Under the pieces are notes generated by a model. The model had not been told where the DNA came from. It made no database searches and saw only the letters and a list, made by a program, of their open reading frames with translations. DNA of 22,405 nt from Candidatus Thorarchaeota archaeon (GTDB lineage: Archaea; Asgardarchaeota; Thorarchaeia; Thorarchaeales; Thorarchaeaceae). How positions within the stretch are numbered: the first letter of the stretch is position 1; each line of letters starts with the position of its first letter. The stretch is taken from positions 1 to 22,405 of the forward strand of contig JBHLQH010000044.1 in NCBI GenBank assembly GCA_048884965.1. Direction: 5' to 3'. The position numbers and the translations under genes were made by a program. Below, in pieces: positions 16,873-22,405 of the stretch.

Positions 16873-17223
16873 TTGGGTCTTTCAAAGTATACAAGAAAAC
16901 GAGTGGTGACCACGCGGTCAATCATCATGCGATTGGCGGCAATCATTGGAGTCCTATATATTTGCGTCTGGGTAGTTATGTTCATTCCAAACATGATCTA
17001 CGGCTCCATCTTTGTCGGTGTCTGGTGGTCTGCTGGAGGACCCGGGATGCTATTTCCAATACCTATCTATCCTGGGAATCTTGCGGTAGGAACACTTGCC
17101 AATCCACTAGATACAATTCTGTACTTGCTCTTTCTTCAGGCAGGAATATGGATAGTGTGGCTTGCTATCCTTGGGTTGTATGCATTCTCGCCATATTCAT
17201 TGAAATTAAAACAGGAAATATAG
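16873..17223 (+). CDS. Hypothetical membrane protein (about 2 TM)
   Basis: Basic N-terminus, two long hydrophobic segments, TTG start after GGGGGA. Confidence 0.6.
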   Translation: MGLSKYTRKRVVTTRSIIMRLAAIIGVLYICVWVVMFIPNMIYGSIFVGVWWSAGGPGMLFPIPIYPGNLAVGTLANPLDTILYLLFLQAGIWIVWLAILGLYAFSPYSLKLKQEI

Positions 17224-17250
17224 AAAGAAGACCAGCTATAGGCTGGCTTC

Positions 17251-18651
17251 TTAGCTAATCTGATTCTCAACATTAATCAAAAGACCAGGATCATCAAGAA
17301 CATAGATGCGAGGTTTCTCAATCCCTGTTTCCTCAGTGAACCGAGAAACTAGGTCTCTCAATACTCTTTGGCTGTCCTCAGCTGTGTTTGGATTGCAGGC
17401 TTCCATTCGATAGATGTCTCTAAGTTCATCAGAATCAAGTTCTGTTACGACTTTGACATTTCCTTCTGCAACATCAAGAAGTATCCTGAACAGATCCGGA
17501 GGTTTTTGATTGCCGATCTTGAATGTCTGTTCAGAGCCATAGGTTTCAATGACGAACCGCAGTGCATCTCTCACTTCTAGGTCCTTTGCCGCCTTCATAG
17601 CATTGGCATATGCATCGCTTCCGATTCCATCCTGACAAGGTGCAAGAAGGACGATCCATCCTTTACGGTCATGTCGGATAGCATTCCATGCTGCATGAAT
17701 CCCTTTACCAGCTTGGTAGAGATTAAGACCTAGTTCGCCCACTGAAACAAAGACAATATCACCAGGCTCCTTGACATCTACTACCCGTAGCGTTCGCAGT
17801 GGTTCAGCAGCGGCCTTATGGCACTCAATAAGGTCCCCAGCTTGAAGATAGACTATCTTTCCATGATGCACGATTGTATCAATGCAGAACATTGGAAGCT
17901 GCTCGCCTACCTTTGAGGCGATTTCAATCATATCTTCGATGACAGGATTACCATGACAATTACCAAGTCTGCATCCATCGTCAAATCCTTTCTCAAGATC
18001 GAACATGCGAGGATGATTGATTCGGATGGTTTCTCTACCAGCGACTCCAGGACAGAAGAGCTTCACAGTTCCAGCTTGTCCTGCAAAATAATGGTACTCG
18101 CTATCTGAGAGTGGTAATACCATGCTCGACTCCATAACTCGTTCATCGATATAGATAGGTGATCCTCTTGTAGTCTTCCCGAGCAACCTATTTCCAGAGT
18201 CACAATCATGGATGAGGACATTGTCCTTCCATACACTGAATAGCACAGAACCAAGAATCCGATTCTCGATTGCATCCGCTGTCGGTGGTTTGTGGGATCC
18301 ACTGGCGATGATTATCTTGATATCATCTTTGGGAATGCCTATTTTCAGCAATCGATTGGTGATATGAGGAAGGAGTGCACGCGTGTGGATATTGGGTCGC
18401 GTGTTGTCATCAACAATGATAATTACAGGTTTCCCTGCAACATACACGTCCTTAACAAACTCATCAAAAGGTTTGGAGCCTATTGGTTTCGCAAGGACTT
18501 CATTCAGCTTGACTTCGAAGTCTGTAAAATCAGGAGTGAATTCTCCGACCTGTAGGATACGGACATCCTCAAAGGAAGTAGGAATGAATTCATCGACCTC
18601 GTAGCTGCCATACTTGAGAGGAGTCTTGTGATATGACATGGTCTTCGCCAC
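17251..18651 (-). CDS. larA: LarA-family nickel-pincer-dependent racemase/epimerase
   Basis: DDNTRP, ASGSH, HDC, YHYFAGQAGTVK, INHP, NLYQAGK and APCQDGIG match the conserved LarA motifs. Substrate unknown. Confidence 0.82.
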   Translation of the reverse strand: MAKTMSYHKTPLKYGSYEVDEFIPTSFEDVRILQVGEFTPDFTDFEVKLNEVLAKPIGSKPFDEFVKDVYVAGKPVIIIVDDNTRPNIHTRALLPHITNRLLKIGIPKDDIKIIIASGSHKPPTADAIENRILGSVLFSVWKDNVLIHDCDSGNRLLGKTTRGSPIYIDERVMESSMVLPLSDSEYHYFAGQAGTVKLFCPGVAGRETIRINHPRMFDLEKGFDDGCRLGNCHGNPVIEDMIEIASKVGEQLPMFCIDTIVHHGKIVYLQAGDLIECHKAAAEPLRTLRVVDVKEPGDIVFVSVGELGLNLYQAGKGIHAAWNAIRHDRKGWIVLLAPCQDGIGSDAYANAMKAAKDLEVRDALRFVIETYGSEQTFKIGNQKPPDLFRILLDVAEGNVKVVTELDSDELRDIYRMEACNPNTAEDSQRVLRDLVSRFTEETGIEKPRIYVLDDPGLLINVENQIS

Positions 18652-18744
18652 TCAAGACAGGAGTCAATCTTACTATGTAACCATTGCGGTGAGTACACAT
18701 CAAAGTGATGTCTAAGCCCATATCCTTATATTACATCTTGAAAC

Positions 18745-18767
18745 AAAGTTAGATACGACTAACATTT
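18745..18767 (+). promoter_or_regulatory. Palindromic operator at the feo transcription start, DtxR-family-like
   Basis: AAA-GTTAG-ATACGA-CTAAC-ATTT (core 18748-18763), about 20 nt downstream of a CTTATAT TATA-like box near 18725. Confidence 0.55.
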
Positions 18768-18796
18768 TTGGACAGCTCGTAGGGTCGAAGGCTACC

Positions 18797-19237
18797 ATGA
18801 ACGACACAGCTGATATCGATAGCACAAATAGGACAATGATATTGACAGAGATAGCATCAGGTACAACGTGCAAGCTAATTGGTGTAATCAAACTTCGTCA
18901 AGGGCATTTCCATGGAAGAAGAAAGCATCGAAAAAAATCTGGATTCCTCAGGGAATTCCGAGAGAAGTGGGATGTGCATAAAGAGAAAGATCAATTGGTT
19001 TCTGAAGATTCGGATTCATCACAGAGAGTGCGTGGTCACCATCAAGGGTCCATGCACATGGGAGGCATGCGTATTCTTAGGAGACTTTTGGATCTGGGAA
19101 TAACCAAAGGGTGTACTTTTCTTGTCGTTCAAGGAAGTAGCTCAGGACCGATCCTTGTCCAAGTCAGAGGTACACGAGTTGCATTAGGTCAAGGGCTTGC
19201 TGGTAAAATGCTCGTCGAGGTGATAGATGTTCAATGA
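18797..19237 (+). CDS. feoA: Ferrous iron transport protein A with a His/basic insertion
   Basis: LTEIASG..CKLIGV and RRLLDLGITKG...GPILVQVRGTRVALGQGLAGKMLVE. Confidence 0.88.
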   Translation: MNDTADIDSTNRTMILTEIASGTTCKLIGVIKLRQGHFHGRRKHRKKSGFLREFREKWDVHKEKDQLVSEDSDSSQRVRGHHQGSMHMGGMRILRRLLDLGITKGCTFLVVQGSSSGPILVQVRGTRVALGQGLAGKMLVEVIDVQ

Positions 19238-20049
19238 CTATCAAGGTAGCACTGATTGGCAATCCTAATGTAGGCAAGTCAGTAGTATTCAATAATCTCA
19301 CTGGACTGAAGCAACATACGGGAAATTGGCCGGGGAAGACAGTAGAGGTAAAAAAAGGGTATTTCCAATTCGAGAATCATGATTTCGAAGTAATCGACCT
19401 ACCGGGTGTATATAGTCTAAGCGCTTTATCAGAGGATGAACAAGTTGCACGGGAATATCTTATTGATCATAGACCGGATGTTGTTGTTGATGTGCTTAAT
19501 GCGAGTCAATTAGAAAGGAATCTCTATCTTACATTACAGCTGATTGAACTCCAAGTGAATCTTGTTGTTGTTCTAAACATGTACGATCTTATTCAATCGC
19601 GGGGCGATACTATCGATATAGAACGACTCTCAGAGTTACTCGGTGCACCTATTGTAGTGACAACTGCAACGCGGAAAGAAGGGATGGAGGACATTAGGCG
19701 AGCTGTTCTTGACTCGGTACCTGATCACACTCATCGCCTTGAAGATGGAGAGGATATTCCAGCTGAGCATTTGCCAGGGGATATTAATGGAAGGGACCAT
19801 CTGCACTATCATCCAAGGAATCACCACCATGGTGAGTTCGAGAAATTGCGACCGCCATCAATCAAGTACAAACAGGAGATTGAAGGCAAACTCAAGGAGA
19901 TAGTACATGTTCTCGAAGCAAGGAAGGATCTACTTGACCGCTATCCTCCCAGGTGGTTAGCTCTGAAGATATTTGAGGGAGATGAAGAAGTTCTCAAGAT
20001 CATAGATAGTCCAGAGATGAGGAAAAGAATCCAGGAGGTCATCGGATGA
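19234..20049 (+). CDS. feoB: FeoB N-terminal GTPase/helical part (split gene)
   Basis: G1 GNPNVGKS, G2 NWPGKTVE, G3 DLPG, G4 NMYD, and RWLALKIFEGD. ATGA overlap with feoA. Confidence 0.9.
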   Translation: MTIKVALIGNPNVGKSVVFNNLTGLKQHTGNWPGKTVEVKKGYFQFENHDFEVIDLPGVYSLSALSEDEQVAREYLIDHRPDVVVDVLNASQLERNLYLTLQLIELQVNLVVVLNMYDLIQSRGDTIDIERLSELLGAPIVVTTATRKEGMEDIRRAVLDSVPDHTHRLEDGEDIPAEHLPGDINGRDHLHYHPRNHHHGEFEKLRPPSIKYKQEIEGKLKEIVHVLEARKDLLDRYPPRWLALKIFEGDEEVLKIIDSPEMRKRIQEVIG

Positions 20050-21371
20050 ACGAATCAGACTATACTCTTGATGAAGAGTATGAATTCGATGAAGATGATC
20101 AATATGATGCTCAGCTTATGCTGGCTGATGAGAGATATGAGATAATTGGAGAGATTCTGTGTCAGGTGTATCAACCTGGTAAGAGCAAATGGGTCGTGAG
20201 CGATCTATTGGATAGAGTATTCTTGCACAGGTACCTGGGACTTCCAATCTTTCTACTGATTGTATGGGCAATGTTTCATTTTACATTTCAAGTCAGTGAA
20301 GTCTTCATGGTAATGATAGAGGTTGCACTTGCATGGTTATCTACCTTTACAATTCAAATACCCATTCCTTGGCTTGCATCATTGGTGACTGAAGGTATCA
20401 TCGGTGGAGTAGGGTTCATCCTAGTGTTTGTTCCCCCAATCATCTTCATGTATATGGCCATTTCAATGCTTGAGGACAGTGGGTATCTGGCAAGAGCTGC
20501 ATTTGTAATGGATCGAATCATGATGAAAATGGGATTGCACGGGAGATCATTCATCCCGCTACTGCTGGGATTCGGCTGTAATGTTCCAGCCATCATGGCT
20601 GCAAGGACAGTTGATGGAGAAGCTAATCGATTAACGACAATTCTAGTCAGTCCTCTAATGTCCTGTGCTGCAAGACTTCCGGTCTATGTTCTTATCGCAG
20701 GTGTGTTCTTTCCAGATATTGCGGGCTCGATGGTCTTCCTCATGTATATCCTTGGCATCTTTATGGCAATCCTCATGGCACTGGTCTTCAAGAGGACACT
20801 ATTCAAAGAGAAGACTTCTCCGCTTCTGATGGAACTACCAATGTATCAAGTCCCTACAATCCATGGAACTATTACTCACGCGTGGGAACGCGGCGTTCTC
20901 TTCCTAAAGAAAGCTGGCACCTATCTATTAGGAGGAGCTATCATCTTGTGGTTCTTAGCTAACCTCGGACCAGCAGGGTTTGGTGTTCCTATAGAGGAAT
21001 CATATGTGGCAATTATCGGAAATTCAATAACGCCCATCTTCGGACCAATCGGGTTTCCATGGCAGATTGTTACTGCACTTCTATTTGGGTTGCTGGCAAA
21101 AGAAGTAGTTGTGGAGTCATTAGGAATCATATTTTCAGTTCAAGGTGAAGCGGCCATTGCTGCATCGATGGCGGGATTGCTTGGACCTGCTCAAGCACTT
21201 GCCTTAATGGTCTTCGTCTTGCTGTATACACCTTGCATTGCCACAATAGGGGCTATCAGGAAAGAAACAGGTTCTTGGAAGTGGGCGGGTTTTTCAGTGT
21301 TCTATCAAGTCGTCCTTGCGTACATAGCGGCATTCTTGATTGTACTAGTAGGAGGTCTATTTGGTGGCTGA
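20046..21371 (+). CDS. feoB: FeoB C-terminal membrane (gate) part (split gene)
   Basis: LEDSGYLARAAFVMD, GFGCNVPA, MSCAARLPVY, MELP.Y, AKEVVV and LYTPCIAT motifs. Own AGGAGGT SD at 20033-20039. Confidence 0.92.
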   Translation: MNESDYTLDEEYEFDEDDQYDAQLMLADERYEIIGEILCQVYQPGKSKWVVSDLLDRVFLHRYLGLPIFLLIVWAMFHFTFQVSEVFMVMIEVALAWLSTFTIQIPIPWLASLVTEGIIGGVGFILVFVPPIIFMYMAISMLEDSGYLARAAFVMDRIMMKMGLHGRSFIPLLLGFGCNVPAIMAARTVDGEANRLTTILVSPLMSCAARLPVYVLIAGVFFPDIAGSMVFLMYILGIFMAILMALVFKRTLFKEKTSPLLMELPMYQVPTIHGTITHAWERGVLFLKKAGTYLLGGAIILWFLANLGPAGFGVPIEESYVAIIGNSITPIFGPIGFPWQIVTALLFGLLAKEVVVESLGIIFSVQGEAAIAASMAGLLGPAQALALMVFVLLYTPCIATIGAIRKETGSWKWAGFSVFYQVVLAYIAAFLIVLVGGLFGG

Positions 21372-21822
21372 AGATAGCTTCCCCTCGTGGCCATTGTATC
21401 TGAGCCTTATCTTTGGAAGTCTCTACATTCTCATAGCTATCATCGATATTCTAGCTTTGCTTGCTATCATACAATCGCCATACTCGACAGGCGATTTCAT
21501 CGCATCGATTATGATGTTAGTAGTAGGACTCGTCTTTATCGCAGGCACACCATCACTAAGGAGAGGAGAGAAAGACGGATATGCATTCACTTTAGTTGCT
21601 ACAACGTTAGCTGGTATTCTCTTCCTATTGCAGATACTTGTTTTCATATCGAATGCGTTGGGGTGGATTCTGGGCTTTGAGAATTGGTCGGAGTGGGATC
21701 CATTGGCAGACATAATTCCTTCAATCTGGCTATTCACTTTGATTCTTCTAACGATGGGTGTGCTCAGATCGCTCAAGATGTTAGGTGGCGAAAAAGGAAT
21801 ATTCCCAATAGGAGGAAAGTGA
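21361..21822 (+). CDS. Hypothetical membrane protein (about 4 TM) inside the feo operon
   Basis: Four hydrophobic segments; overlaps the feoB stop; GGAGGT SD; start TTG 21361 or GTG 21364. Confidence 0.75.
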   Translation: MVAEDSFPSWPLYLSLIFGSLYILIAIIDILALLAIIQSPYSTGDFIASIMMLVVGLVFIAGTPSLRRGEKDGYAFTLVATTLAGILFLLQILVFISNALGWILGFENWSEWDPLADIIPSIWLFTLILLTMGVLRSLKMLGGEKGIFPIGGK

Positions 21823-22089
21823 ATGTTTAGGGAGATTCTTCAATTGATTCTCTCTGAGAACATGACTAGTAAAAAGCAAATCGCAGAAGCTCTTAGTATC
21901 CAGATGGAAACTCTTGATGATATGCTTCGAATGCTGACAGAACGTGGTATGCTAACTGTTGCTGAATGTGAACCTCTAGAAAAAGCTAAGTGTGCAAGTT
22001 GTCCAATGAGTGAATCTAACTGCAAGACTGGAAATCTTGGACAAGTGTACTATGTAACTGAAAGAGGAAAACGGTATGCATCAAAGTAA
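21823..22089 (+). CDS. feoC: FeoC-like winged-helix protein with a Cys cluster
   Basis: wHTH (QIAEALSI..ETLDDMLRMLTERG), wing motif C-x7-CxxCP-x5-C and YYVTERG; last gene of the feo operon. Confidence 0.78.
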   Translation: MFREILQLILSENMTSKKQIAEALSIQMETLDDMLRMLTERGMLTVAECEPLEKAKCASCPMSESNCKTGNLGQVYYVTERGKRYASK

Positions 22090-22151
22090 TCCATCAATTC
22101 ACAAGTAAGGATAATAACGAATGATTCCTTAGTGCTTTTGAGGCCTATAGA

Positions 22152-22405
22152 GTGGTTGTCTTGGTAAACATTCTAGCATATGCTTTGGCTGCAGGAGTGT
22201 TCGCTCTTATCTATGTCATCAGATGCAAATCGAAATGGATACAACAACCAAAGATTGCTGCAGCTGCCATTGCAATCATTACGGTCATCTTATTGCCTCT
22301 ACACCTGTATGCATCGATTCGTATGACCGCCTATTCCACAGGATCCCTTTTCCCCACTAGTTTCAATTATTGGGAGAGAGCCATAGAGTTGGATGTCGAT
22401 GAAAC
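22152..22405 (+). CDS. Partial membrane protein running off the right edge
   Basis: Frame open from GTG 22152 / TTG 22161 to the window end: (VVV)LVNILAYALAAGVFALIYVIRCKSKWIQQPKIAAAAIAIITVILLPLHLY..., two hydrophobic helices. Confidence 0.65.
   Translation, partial: MVVLVNILAYALAAGVFALIYVIRCKSKWIQQPKIAAAAIAIITVILLPLHLYASIRMTAYSTGSLFPTSFNYWERAIELDVDE

Noticed and set aside
16839-17258. 139-aa His/Cys-rich alternative frame
   Set aside because: It overlaps the 16873 membrane ORF, which has coherent TM segments and an SD; the composition looks like an off-frame read.
20040-20055. feoB break as a pseudogene or sequencing frameshift
   Set aside because: A strong SD, ATGA coupling and intact motifs in both halves argue for real fission; no homopolymer run at the junction.
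1-22405. CRISPR arrays, IS elements, integrases and defence systems
   Set aside because: No regularly spaced repeats, and no transposase, recombinase or nuclease motifs were seen.

Overview
A gene-dense archaeal chromosome segment with no mobile element, CRISPR array, rRNA or tRNA visible. TATA-type promoters, GGAGG/GGTGA Shine-Dalgarno (SD) motifs, apparently leaderless genes and a stand-alone longin-like protein suggest an Asgard archaeon, probably Thorarchaeota-like (inference). Contents: amino-acid catabolism genes (SDR threonine dehydrogenase, threonine dehydratase, lysine/saccharopine dehydrogenase); a divergent pair of secreted proteins (beta-helix and DUF4185/GH183-like) followed by a probably inactive alpha/beta-hydrolase; ADC-family, GNAT, Ig-like, TrmO-like and DinB genes; arsM divergent from a Cys-rich PadR; a TPR protein, cysS, a longin-like protein, a LarA homolog; and a five-gene feo operon with a split, His-rich FeoB. 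The best leads are not in the ORF track. (1) The arsM UGA is followed in frame by GDC and 41 further open codons, giving either a UxxC selenocysteine extension or a separate Cys-rich micropeptide; a palindromic operator array lies between arsM and padR. (2) A TATA-driven, U-tract-terminated structured small RNA of about 75 nt sits directly upstream of an unannotated 31-aa membrane micropeptide, just before ilvA.
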